From: Heptranchias perlo
Taxonomy: Eukaryota
NCBI RefSeq assembly: GCF_035084215.1
Contig: NC_090364.1
Span: 4,278,001 to 4,342,000, forward strand
Direction of reading: 5' to 3'
DNA: 64,000 nucleotides
In this document: in pieces, positions 30,101-40,056 of the stretch
Position numbering within the stretch: the first letter of the stretch is position 1
Layout of the letters: every line of letters starts with the position of its first letter
Position numbers and translations under genes: made by a program
Notes under the pieces: model-generated
Told to the model about the DNA's origin: nothing
Database searches by the model: none
What the model saw: the letters and a program-made list of their open reading frames with translations, nothing else

Positions 30101-30415
30101 TCAGGATAGGACACAGCTATTAGAGCAGGGAACAATCTGTTAATAAGACCTTCAATGAAATCATTGTGGTAAGAGTATTCACTAGATTGAGACTGGGGAG
30201 GTCACAGAGGTACACTCTGAAGCCAATTCATTGACAAGAAACTCTATCTGCTTAGAATACAATGACATCACAGCCTTAATTTTGAAACTGTGCCCCAAAA
30301 ATACAAAACTCACCATAGAGAGATAAACATAGGAGGAATAGAGCTCCATATTGATCTGCTTGTTGACACCATCCTCACACTCCTTGTGATAGTTCTGCCA
30401 CACTTGGGAGGCCAT
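24176..30415 (-). CDS. fth1: Ferritin H/M-type subunit, copy 5 (173 aa); exons 30314-30415, 25841-25987, 24656-24781, 24176-24322
   Basis: Starts MASQVWQNY; intact exons; intron 1 enlarged by a 3.5-kb Harbinger; ends FDKHSLH*. Confidence 0.92.
26932..27533 (+). pseudogene. Harbinger DDE transposase remnant (N-terminus fused out of frame to C-terminus)
   Basis: [11 protein letters not shown]...HRVYRPR then jumps to [57 protein letters not shown]...CCALHN (HARBI1-like); catalytic core missing. Confidence 0.88.
27826..29657 (-). CDS. Harbinger Myb/SANT-like DNA-binding protein (spliced; exon 1 29415-29657; downstream exons approximate, probably frameshifted)
   Basis: APRFSD...LFPADGRK...[13 protein letters not shown]...[13 protein letters not shown] trihelix motif followed by a GTGAGT donor; coiled-coil-like segment at 28156-28800. 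Confidence 0.78.
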
Positions 30416-30495
30416 CTTAACTTTTACTATTAGCAAAACTCTCACTTTAAACACCACTGCAGAAACAATGTCACCTCTTCCCTCACAAGCTTTTG

Positions 30496-30746
30496 TATTT
30501 ATATTACTGGGACAGCCTGCATTTGAACAGGTTATGACATCACCAATGATGATTGACAATCCCTGATAGCCACTCAGGAATCGTCCATGAATCCAGGCAC
30601 CAATTAACAAAGGACAGGGGGTGGGGTGTGATTCCCAGAACCAATCAGAACTTTGGAATACAGGCAGGATTGGAGGATTATTGTGTGATGTCATTGCTGT
30701 TGGTTTCTTTGACTTTCCTCAAACGAAATCTGATCACATCTCTGTT
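30496..30746 (-). promoter_or_regulatory. Copy-5 ferritin promoter, sitting head-to-head with the Tx1 5' end
   Basis: TATAAATA (30496-30503), two TGACATCA motifs, three CCAAT boxes; same block as in other copies. Confidence 0.75.
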
Positions 30747-31477
30747 GGGTTGTCTTTCAGACACACCAGCTCGGCATTGGAGCTGATTCTGGCTGAACTG
30801 CCACTGAGTGGAGAGCAGAGAGAGCAGAGGGAGCAGGCCCTTGCCCGGGTCCCTCTGAGTCAAGGAGAAGGAGAAGGAGAAACCACCATCAACAAGGAGG
30901 GAGGGAGGGAGAAGAATACTACCAAACAGCAGCCGGGAGGGGTTGTGCTGCTGCTGCTGCTGCTGGTTTGCGACACCGAACAGAGGGAGGAAGAGGAGGT
31001 CGGTGCAGTGAGGTGCGTCGGCTGAAGGTAGGGGGAGGAAGAAGACTTCAGAGGACAGGGGTCCCCCCCAAGTGTCTGGCCCAGGACAGCTGGAGCTGCC
31101 TGGGTGAAGTTACTTTTTCAATCTTTGGAGGACTGAGCCTCGGCAGCTCCAGCTGTCTAGGGGAAGACATCTCCTCCCCCTGCCCACTGGAAGACAGACA
31201 GAAGAAGATCCACCTTTTAAGGTGCAACCCCGCCCCTCTTCCACCCACTTCTGCAGCAGCCTACCCCTGCAGACTCCCTCCTTCCCATTCCACCATTAAT
31301 CCCTCCCACCTTCTCTTGCTCTCCCGGATATTCTGGGGGAAAGTAAAACCAGCAAAGGGGCCCCTCTCCCAACCAAGCTCTGGGATTCGGGGAGAGAGGT
31401 TTCCTCAGGGCTTCTTTTAAAAAGGCCTAATTTCATCAGTGGGCCCGAGACTTGGGGTGGGTGTGGCTCCTGAAGTC

Positions 31478-33519
31478 ATGGCGTCACCATCTTCGCCGGT
31501 GCCGGGACCCAGCAGGACGTATGCGGCGGTTACCTCGGGGGCCGCTCCTACAGTTCGTGCCGCTCCTGCTGGGCCGGCGCCTTTCCGCCTCATTACCAGG
31601 AAGCATGGGGTGAAGAGCTACGCCCACCCCAACATGACCATTGAGGCCTGCGTTAAGGCCATGGCCGAGGTTGTCGGCCCCTCGGCCATCGTCGCGGCCT
31701 CAAAAATGTACGGGAGGGCGGTGTTCTTCCTGAGGTCCGAGCGGGCGGTGTCCCTGGCCCTTAGTAAGGGGCTCACGGTGGGCGGGACCTTCCTGCCGGT
31801 GGACCCGCTGGAGGCCACCGCGCAGCGGGTCATTCTATCTAACGTCCCGCCTTTCCTGTCGGACGAGCTCCTCCTCCCCCACCTACGTCAACTGGGGGAG
31901 GTGAGGTCGGGGGTAACGCCGCTGCCGCTCGGACTCAGGGAGAACAGCCTCCGGCATGTTTACTCCTTCCGTCGCCAGGCATTCGTCAAGCTGGCACGGG
32001 AGGAGGTTACGGAGGGGGGCTTTAACGCCCTCCACGAGGGGACCCCTTACCGCGTCTTTTGGACGGCAGAGGGTGGGCGGTGCCATGCCTGTAAGGAGGT
32101 GGGGCACCTGAAGAGGAACTGCCCTGCCTCTCAGGCCGCCAAAACAGCTACGGCGGCCGGGGCTGGCGCCGCCACCGCTCCTCCCCCCCAACCCCGCCCC
32201 CGCGTCGGGAGAGTCAACTGCGCGGGTGGAGGTTGTCGGCGAGGCCTCCGCCGGTGGGGGGGGGGGGGAGCGGGGGGAAGGGAACCCTCGCCCGAAAAAA
32301 GCGCGGAGAAAGAGAAAGAATCTCGAGGCTGGTCCCCAGGACATGAATAATCTTAGTCAGCCCGAGGCCGTGACCGCGGCCAGTCAACACCTCGCGGTCG
32401 CGACAGAGCCCGGGCTGGCGGGTGATCAGGAGGGAGCGGAGGTGGGGGCCCCAGCAGACATGGAGATCCCCCTCCCTCCGCGACCCTCCGGGAAGAAGAA
32501 AAGGCGCCACTCCCTGGAAGCGGAGGAGGTCCCTGGTAAGGGACGGCCCCCCGTGGAAGGGGAGGTGGCGCCAGCCACGGATCCTGTGGCCCCGCCCATT
32601 ATTTCTAACCAGCGGCAGGGGTCGTCTGCCTCTCGGGGGGAGGTGACCGAGCCCGTGCCTCCCGGGGGGGATGGGGAGACCCTGCTGATGGGGGGGGTCG
32701 CGGATCCGTGTACTGACGCCAGTATCCCGTTCACCGGGTCGGGAGTCCTGGGTGCCGGGTTGGGCGAGGCCGTTGCGGCCGAATTCGTCTGCCCCCGGCT
32801 TGACCTCTCCCAGGACCTGCTCGACCTGGTGGTTGGTTTTAATCGAAACATCTCACCGGCCGGGTCGGTCGGTGGCGGTGTGGGTGGGGAGACCCCCTCC
32901 TCTCAGTCTCTGGGCACGGTGCCGGGTGAGGTGGGAGAACACGTTCTCCCCGGTTTCCCCCTATATCCGGGTGCCAGTTTTTCACCGCTCGGAGGCTGGG
33001 GAGGGTCCCCGCCCGGCGCCGCCCTCTGACCCGGACCCCCCGGTGGAGCCCGGGGAGGACTCCTCTGCCGACGATCCTGGGGGTGGGATCGTGACAGAGG
33101 CGGGGCCGGCCGGCGCGGCCGTCCCGTTCTCCGCACCCTGTGCGGGGAGTGGGTTGGCCGCGGGCGACGATGACCCGGAGGAGGACGGAGACTCGGTGGT
33201 GGGCACTTGGGAGGATTTAGAGTTCGCCGCCAGTGAGGTGGTGGACGCCCTCGTGCCCTGCACCGAGTCTCCCCTCATCCCCGTTGAGGAACTCCGGAAT
33301 TTTGCGTCCGGTTGGAGCCATCGTCGCGATGGCGTCCGGCGGGCCCTCGACCGTTGGTCGGAGCCGGCGCAACTAATCTGCTCGGTCCGGGCTGCCGTCG
33401 CGTCCGTGGCCGCGGAAGAGTACGGCGGCGGGGACGGGCTGCGCCGGCTCAGTTCCCTCCTCGCCGGGCTCTTGGGGGAGTGGCGGTCGACTAGCGGCCC
33501 CGCTCCCTCTGCGCTTTAG
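31478..33519 (+). pseudogene. Tx1 ORF1 (nucleic-acid-binding/gag-like), split over three frames
   Basis: MASPSS...RKHGVK...IVAASKMYGRAVFFL...VILSNVPPFL...HVYSFRRQAF...CHACKEVGHLKRNC (CX2CX4HX4C) is characteristic of Tx1 ORF1; frame breaks lie in or near C/G runs (could be sequencing errors). Confidence 0.8.
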
Positions 33520-33548
33520 GTTTAAGTAGGTTGCGCTGTGCTCTTGTC

Positions 33549-36500
33549 ATGGAGATCACCATAGCCAGCCTCAACATCAACGGCGGCAGAGACGCCCGCC
33601 GTAGATTTGACAAGTTCTCGGTCCTTCGGGACGGGAAGTATGCGGTGTGCTTTCTGCAGGAAACCCACACCGTTCCGGGAGACGAGGCCACGTGGATCCT
33701 GGAATGGGGAGGGGGGGTCTACTTGAGTCACCTCGCCAGCGTTTCGAGCGGGGTGGCCATCTTGTTGGCCCCGACTTTTCAGCCGGAGATCTTGGGGGTC
33801 AAGGAGCCGGTGCCGGGCCGCTTGCTCCACGTAGCCCTTCGCCACGGGGACGTGCCGCTTCACCTGGTGAACGTGTACGCCCCCTGGTCCGAGGGCGAGC
33901 AAGTGAGCTTCTTTGAGGAAGTGTCCACTTACCTGAACTCCGTCGACGCCGGCGAGTGCATTATCCTCGGGGGGGATTTTAACCGTACCCTCGAGGCGAG
34001 GGACCGCTCCGGTCCCGTGCGTGCCCGAACGGCGACGGGGAAGTTGAGGGACCTGGTCGGGTCCTTCGACTTGGTGGACGTCTGGCGGAATCTCCATCCC
34101 GACTCCGGCCAGTTCACCTTTGTGAGGGCCGGAGGAGGGAGCTCCAGAATCGACCGCCTGTACGTTTCGCGGGCGTACGCCTCCTGCGTCCCGTCGGCCT
34201 CCATCCGGCCGGTGTCGTGCTCGGACCACCACCTGGTGTGGATGGAGCTCGCTCTGCTCCGCGCCCGGTCGGGGTCCGCGTACTGGCACTTTAACAACCG
34301 GCTGCTGGAGGACGCGCGGTTCCGGGACTCGTTCCGTCTGTTCTGGAGCGACTGGAGAGGGAAGCGGGGAGGCTTCTCCTCCTTGAGGCTATGGTGGGAC
34401 GTGGGCAAGGCTCACGTCCGCCTCTTCTGTCAAGAGTACGCGAGGGGGTCGACCAAGAGGCGGGAGTCCGAGGTCAGGCGGTTGGAGCAGGAGGTGCTTG
34501 GCCTGGAGTCCCGTCTCGGTCAGGCTGCCGAGGATCCGGCCCTGCGGCAGGTGTACGAGGAGAGGAAGGACGCTCTGAGGGACCTGCAACTGGTCGGGTC
34601 CCGAGGAGCGTACGTGAGGTCGCGGCTCCAGCTCCTTCAGGACCTGGACTGCGGCTCTCCCTTCTTCTACTCGCTGGAAAAGCGGCGGGGGGCTCGTAAG
34701 CAGCTCCTTACGCTGCTGGCCGACGACGGGACCCTCGTCTCGGACCCGGAGGGAGTCAGGGTCCGTGCTCGATCTTACTACGAGGCTCTGTTCTCTCCGG
34801 ATCCGTCCAGCGAGGAGGCGCGCAGAGTTTTGTGGGAGGACCTGCCGAAGGTTGGCCCGGAGGACGCCGACAGTATGGATGCTCCGCTGAGTTTGGCGGA
34901 GCTGACCGGCGCCCTCCACCAGCTCTCTAGGGGCAAGTCCCCGGGGCTGGACGGGCTGACCGTGGAGTTCCTCAGGGCCTTCTGGGACGTCCTGGAGGGC
35001 GACTACGCGCGGGTCCTGGGGGAATGTCTGGCGACCGGGGAGATGCCCCTTTCGTGGCGCAGAGCGGTCGTGGTCCTGCTGCCTAAGAAGGGGGATCTCC
35101 GTCACCTTAAAAACTGGCGCCCGGTCTCCCTCCTCAGCACGGATTATAAGGTCTTTGCCAAGGCGATGTCTGCTCGCCTGGGCACCGTGCTGGCCCACAT
35201 GATCCACTCCGACCAGTCCTACACGGTCCCGGGCCGGAAGATCCACGATAACATCCATCTGGTCTGGGACCTGATCCACCATTCCCAGAGGGCTGGTCTG
35301 TCGGTCGCCTTCCTTTCCTTAGATCAGGAGAAGGCGTTCGACAGGGTGGATCACGAGTATCTATTCGGGACACTGCGCGCTTTCGGGTTCGGGTCGCATT
35401 TCGTCGCCCGGATCCGACTTCTGTTCGCCGCCGCGGAGTGTCTGATTAAGGTTAACGGATCCTTGACGGCGCCCCTTCGCTTCGGGAGAGGAGTGCGTCA
35501 GGGGTGCCCCATGTCCGGCCAATTATACGCCGTCTGCGTGGAGCCTTTCCTGCGCCTCTTGCGCAAGAGGTTGTCGGGACTGGCTCTGCGCGAGCCGGAC
35601 GTGGAGGTCGTCCTTTCGGCTTACGCCGACGACGTGCTCCTCGTGGTCACGGATCCCCTTGACTTGCGGAGGATGCGCGAGTGCCAAGAGGTCTACTCTG
35701 CGGCGTCTTCCGCAAGGTTCAACTGGGAGAAATGTTCCGGACTCCTGGTGGGTCAGTGGCGGGTGGACTCCCTGCCGGAGGAGCTCAGGCCTTTCGCCTG
35801 GAGTACCACGCACCTCCGGTACCTGGGAGTCTACCTCGGCCCTGCCGAGGAAGCCTGGCCGGCGAACTGGGAAGAGCTGGAGGCCAAGGTCGCCGCTCGC
35901 CTGGCGCGCTGGACAGGACTGCTCCGAGTGTTATCCTACAGGGGTCGAGTGCTGGTCATAAACCAGCTGGTGGCCGCCATGTTGTGGTACAGATTGGTCA
36001 CTTTGACCCCACCCCCCGAGTTTGTCGCCAAAATTCAGAAGAAGTTTGTCGACTTCTTCTGGGCCAGAGGGATACACTGGGTCGCTGCCGCGGTCCTGAG
36101 TCTCCCGCTTAGGGAGGGCGGTCAGGGGCTGGTGTGCGTCCGCACCCAGGTGGCAACTTTCCGCCTTCGGACGCTGCGGCGATACCTGTACGTTGAGCGT
36201 CCTCTTAGATGGCGTGCGCTGGCGACGTATTTTTTCCGCCAGCTGCACGGCCTGAACTACGACACGCAGCTCCTGTTCATCTCGCTGGTGGGCGGCCGCA
36301 CGTCTTTGCAGGAGCTGCCTGTCTTTTACCAGGATCTGCTCAGGGTCTGGAACATGGTCGCCTCTGGTCGGAGCTCTCGCCCGTCAGGGGTAGCGGCCGT
36401 CCTGCAGGAGCCGCTGCTCGGGAATCCGTTCCTCCGCGATATCGGCTTCGGCCACTCGCGGCTGTCGGTGCGGAGGGCCGTGGCCGGTCGGGTGACCAGA

Positions 36501-37454
36501 GTCAGGGACGTCCTGGATGGCGGTGGGTCGGGTTGGTTGGAGCCGTGGGCGCTCGCCGCACGGATGTCCTCGTGGCGTGCCGGGGACGCGGCCATCGCCA
36601 TCCGGGCGTTGAAATCGGCGCTCGGCCCTGACTCCACTCGGGATGTGGAGGCGGCTCAGGCGTGCGGAGCCATCCCGTCCGACCTGACCCCCGTTCGGAC
36701 GGAGTTCCTCCTCGGCGCCAAACCCCGGAACCTCCCTCGGGGGGCCGCGCCTCACAACTTGAGCCGTCTCTCGGAAATTCCCTCCGTGCCGTTTCACACC
36801 GCGCGGAGGGATTTCCTGTACGGGCTGCTCCTGCACACCATCCACTTCCTCGCCCTCGTCTCTCGGCCGGACACGCCCTGGCGTACCATCCTGCCGTCCG
36901 GCGGAGACGGGGGTCCCCATTGGGAGGCTCTCTATACAGGGGTCCTCCCGTGTTACTTTGGGGATCTGGGGTGGAGGGTGGCGCACGGAGCAGTCGCGTG
37001 CAACCGGCGGTTACGCCATTTCACGGACACCCAGGCCGCTTGTGATTTCTGCGGCCTGGAGGAGTCCGTGTTCCATCTGTACACTGGGTGTGCGAGACTG
37101 CAGCCCCTGTTCCATTATTTGAAGGGGCTGCTCCTCAAGTTCTGGCTGCACTTCAGTCCCACGCTCCTGATCTTTGGCCGCCCTGTGAGGAGGGGGGCGG
37201 GCAGGTCGGTGGACGTTCTCGTGGGCCTGCTCCTGGGCCTGTCCAAGGTGGCCATCCACAGGTCTAGGATGATCGTGGTCCGTGGGGGCGGTCGCTCGGC
37301 CTGTCTGCCTCTCTTCCGCGGAATGCTCCGCGCCCGGGTGGCCCTGGAGATGGAGCACGCGGTGTCTGCCGGTACGCTCGAGGCTTTCCGCGGCCGGTGG
37401 GCACCGCAGGGGCTGGAGTGCATCCTGGACGAGGAAAATAACATTTTAATTTGA
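33549..37454 (+). CDS. Tx1 ORF2, intact 1301 aa: APE endonuclease + reverse transcriptase + C-terminal Cys/His motif
   Basis: SLNING, FLQETH, GGDFN, RID, SDH endonuclease motifs; KSPGLDG, NWRPVSLL, SLDQEKAFD, GVRQGCP, YADD, YLG RT motifs; CDFC..ESVFHLYTGC. Confidence 0.96.
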   Translation: MEITIASLNINGGRDARRRFDKFSVLRDGKYAVCFLQETHTVPGDEATWILEWGGGVYLSHLASVSSGVAILLAPTFQPEILGVKEPVPGRLLHVALRHGDVPLHLVNVYAPWSEGEQVSFFEEVSTYLNSVDAGECIILGGDFNRTLEARDRSGPVRARTATGKLRDLVGSFDLVDVWRNLHPDSGQFTFVRAGGGSSRIDRLYVSRAYASCVPSASIRPVSCSDHHLVWMELALLRARSGSAYWHFNNRLLEDARFRDSFRLFWSDWRGKRGGFSSLRLWWDVGKAHVRLFCQEYARGSTKRRESEVRRLEQEVLGLESRLGQAAEDPALRQVYEERKDALRDLQLVGSRGAYVRSRLQLLQDLDCGSPFFYSLEKRRGARKQLLTLLADDGTLVSDPEGVRVRARSYYEALFSPDPSSEEARRVLWEDLPKVGPEDADSMDAPLSLAELTGALHQLSRGKSPGLDGLTVEFLRAFWDVLEGDYARVLGECLATGEMPLSWRRAVVVLLPKKGDLRHLKNWRPVSLLSTDYKVFAKAMSARLGTVLAHMIHSDQSYTVPGRKIHDNIHLVWDLIHHSQRAGLSVAFLSLDQEKAFDRVDHEYLFGTLRAFGFGSHFVARIRLLFAAAECLIKVNGSLTAPLRFGRGVRQGCPMSGQLYAVCVEPFLRLLRKRLSGLALREPDVEVVLSAYADDVLLVVTDPLDLRRMRECQEVYSAASSARFNWEKCSGLLVGQWRVDSLPEELRPFAWSTTHLRYLGVYLGPAEEAWPANWEELEAKVAARLARWTGLLRVLSYRGRVLVINQLVAAMLWYRLVTLTPPPEFVAKIQKKFVDFFWARGIHWVAAAVLSLPLREGGQGLVCVRTQVATFRLRTLRRYLYVERPLRWRALATYFFRQLHGLNYDTQLLFISLVGGRTSLQELPVFYQDLLRVWNMVASGRSSRPSGVAAVLQEPLLGNPFLRDIGFGHSRLSVRRAVAGRVTRVRDVLDGGGSGWLEPWALAARMSSWRAGDAAIAIRALKSALGPDSTRDVEAAQACGAIPSDLTPVRTEFLLGAKPRNLPRGAAPHNLSRLSEIPSVPFHTARRDFLYGLLLHTIHFLALVSRPDTPWRTILPSGGDGGPHWEALYTGVLPCYFGDLGWRVAHGAVACNRRLRHFTDTQAACDFCGLEESVFHLYTGCARLQPLFHYLKGLLLKFWLHFSPTLLIFGRPVRRGAGRSVDVLVGLLLGLSKVAIHRSRMIVVRGGGRSACLPLFRGMLRARVALEMEHAVSAGTLEAFRGRWAPQGLECILDEENNILI

Positions 37455-37556
37455 ACACTTGGTTTTGGTTTATTTGGTTTTTAGTATTTAAGCACACCCC
37501 ACACCCCCCCTTCTTATAAAAGGGGGGCCTATTAACAAAAAAAAAAAAAAAAAAAA

Positions 37557-37734
37557 TCCAGGCACCAATTAACAAAGGACAGAAGGTGGGGTGTGATTCC
37601 CAGAACCAATCAGAGCTTTGGAATACAGGTGGGATTGGAGAATTATTCTGTGATGCCATTGCTGTTGGTTTCTTTGACTTTCCTCAAACGAAATCTGATC
37701 ACATCAAAAAAAAAAAGAAAAAAAAAAAAAAAAA
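37557..37734 (+). other. 149-bp ferritin-promoter fragment followed by a second poly(A): probable 3' transduction
   Basis: 37557-37705 aligns to 30592-30740 with 8 mismatches, then ~29-nt poly(A), then the sequence resumes as a copy of 21854 onward. Confidence 0.75.
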
Positions 37735-40056
37735 TCCAGGCACCAATTAACAAAGGAATCACTGTATTTTGGTTTGTTTTGTCTTAAATAAAACACACCC
37801 TACTGCCCCCGCCCCCTCTTAAAAGAGGGGGGGGGGCCTAAAACAAAAAAAACTCAATAAAAACAAATTTTAAAAAATTAACAAAGGGCAGGGGGTGGGG
37901 GGGTGATTCTCAGAGTCAATCAGAGCTTTGGAATACAGGCAGGATTGGAGGATTATTCTGTGATGTGATTGCTGTTGGTTTCTTTGACTTTCCTCAAACT
38001 GAATCTGATAACATCTCTGTTCCCAGAATCAGAGCTTCGCAACATATCTCAAAGAGATCGATGTGTTTACAAATGGAAATCCCATCTCGTAGATGGGGTC
38101 CAGCACAATTGGTTCTCAGTTAACCTGTCTCTTGGACAATTGATGGGAATCTTGGTGTGTCCAGAAAGAGTCCGTTATACCCAGATTCACAATGCTGATC
38201 ACCACAATAGATTGAAGGAGACTGACCTTCACCAGACAGTCCGCAGTGAGTCCGCAAACCAACCGACAACGAGTCGGGGAAATGGAAAGTGGATCAGTTG
38301 GGATCGTCAAACAGAATTCTGTTGCTCCATCACTGTAAAATGCGATGTGGAGTTTTATCTTCATGACCTTTAAGAGCTGTTAAGTCTAGAATTTACTTTG
38401 CACTGTTCATTCATCTCCTACAAACCTCCAATCTGTTGTGAGGAAAAGTTTTATACCTGAAATGTCAACTATCTCGCATTTTCTCAAGCGATATTGCCTG
38501 ACCAGATTGTAGTATCATCAGTATTATGTTCCTATCCTGTTGTAACTCTGGTCGAACAACCAGACATTGAATAGAAGGACCACAAAGCCTCAAGAACAGA
38601 GAAGAGTGAATTACATAAAACTTACACCAAAACAGGCAGTTAGGTCCAACCAGTTCATGTTGTTTATCCTCCACACAAGTAGTCCTAATCCCATGTGCCT
38701 GCCCTGTTACCAAACCATGGTATCTAGTCTTACTCATATAGGCATCCTCCATCCCCTGCCAGTCAAGCCAATATTTAATTTGTAGATAGTGTAATCATGT
38801 ATAACAGCTCACCTTGTCTGCTACCTTCGCCCATGAAAGAATATTTATTGGGCTTATGTGCCTCAGTACTTCATTCACTCAAGGTGAACTATTTTTAAAC
38901 ACCATTACTAGGTGTATTTAATTTCTCATGACTTCAGGAAAACTCAAAAATCACTACTATTTGTAGGTTAAGGGCAGTCTTTTTTGTACAAGTTGTGGTA
39001 ATTAGAAAAATACTAAGTGAAGTATAGATTATAATGTACATCAAATATTGAATTTCAATTAACTTGTGAATTCCTATAACAGTTAGTGGTGCTATAAGGG
39101 CCTGTTTCCATGTTGTAACTTCTATGATTCTATTGCAGGCAATTGGGACTAGCTTAGTGGTATAAACTGGGCGACATGGACATGTTGGGCCGAAGGGCCT
39201 GTTTCCATGTTGTAACTTCTATGATTCTATAATCAAAAGTGATTAAGTCATTGGGAGATATACAGGAATCAATCAATCATTTATACCAGTCCTGATTACC
39301 CACCACCAACAAACTCCAAACCAGACAGACAGCAGTTTGATGTTTCTGCAGACTGGTGGGTTACTTAATTCCAGAACATTGCTAAGTATTGCCCTAGAGG
39401 AGAGAATGTTAAACAAAAGACTGCCTGCTCAAAGGAAGACACTAAGGTGGTTAATACTGTACAACACTTCAGTAATCCAGAGTGATGTGTGGCATGAGAC
39501 TAATGCTAAAGTACCTCAATTGTAATTTCCCCCACTGACAGAAACAAGTCTGAAGCAGGTTGTAAAGCTGATGCACTTCCTTCTCCAGACTGGACAGTTA
39601 TTACTGAAGACACTACAATGGGGAACAGGGGCCCTGAATTATTGTTTCAAAGCTTTGCAACATGCTGACATATGTAATGAAAACTGGAATTGTTACTGAG
39701 ATCACAGTTGCAGAAATTGTGTATTTCCAAAATCCCCAATAAGCCTCTCAGTGAGGAGATGTGAGCACAGCCATCCTGGGCAGTACAGAATCAATTTTAG
39801 GAAGCTGGACCAGGAGGGGCTTATGTATTTGAAAAGTTCTAACTTGATCACTAGTTACTCAGCTGGGTGTCATGCAATGGGGATCTTGGTGATCAGATCA
39901 GCCACTCAATTATACAAAACAGACAAAGCAGTATAAAGATAAAGTTTTTATTTCTATGTACAGCAACAATGAGATGAGAAAAGTGGAAATTCACCACCAG
40001 AATTTAGTCACACTTCATTTTCACCAAGTATAGAATGAATGGTTATAGAACCCCAG

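Larger units (their letters stand above)
30747..37556 (+). mobile_element. Full-length Tx1-clade non-LTR retrotransposon, copy A (~6.8 kb)
   Basis: 5'UTR, ORF1 with CCHC knuckle, ORF2 APE-RT-zinc, 3'UTR hairpin, poly(A); 5' junction at acatctctgtt|ggg, where the empty site reads acatctctgttcccag. Confidence 0.95.

Noticed and set aside
30182-30694. 170-aa ORF suggesting an N-terminally extended (signal or mitochondrial) ferritin
   Set aside because: It runs through the TATA box and promoter and into intron 1; the frame is broken in other copies.
37557-37705. 149-bp TSD for Tx1 copy A
   Set aside because: Eight mismatches versus 30592-30740 are too many for such a young element, and a second poly(A) follows.
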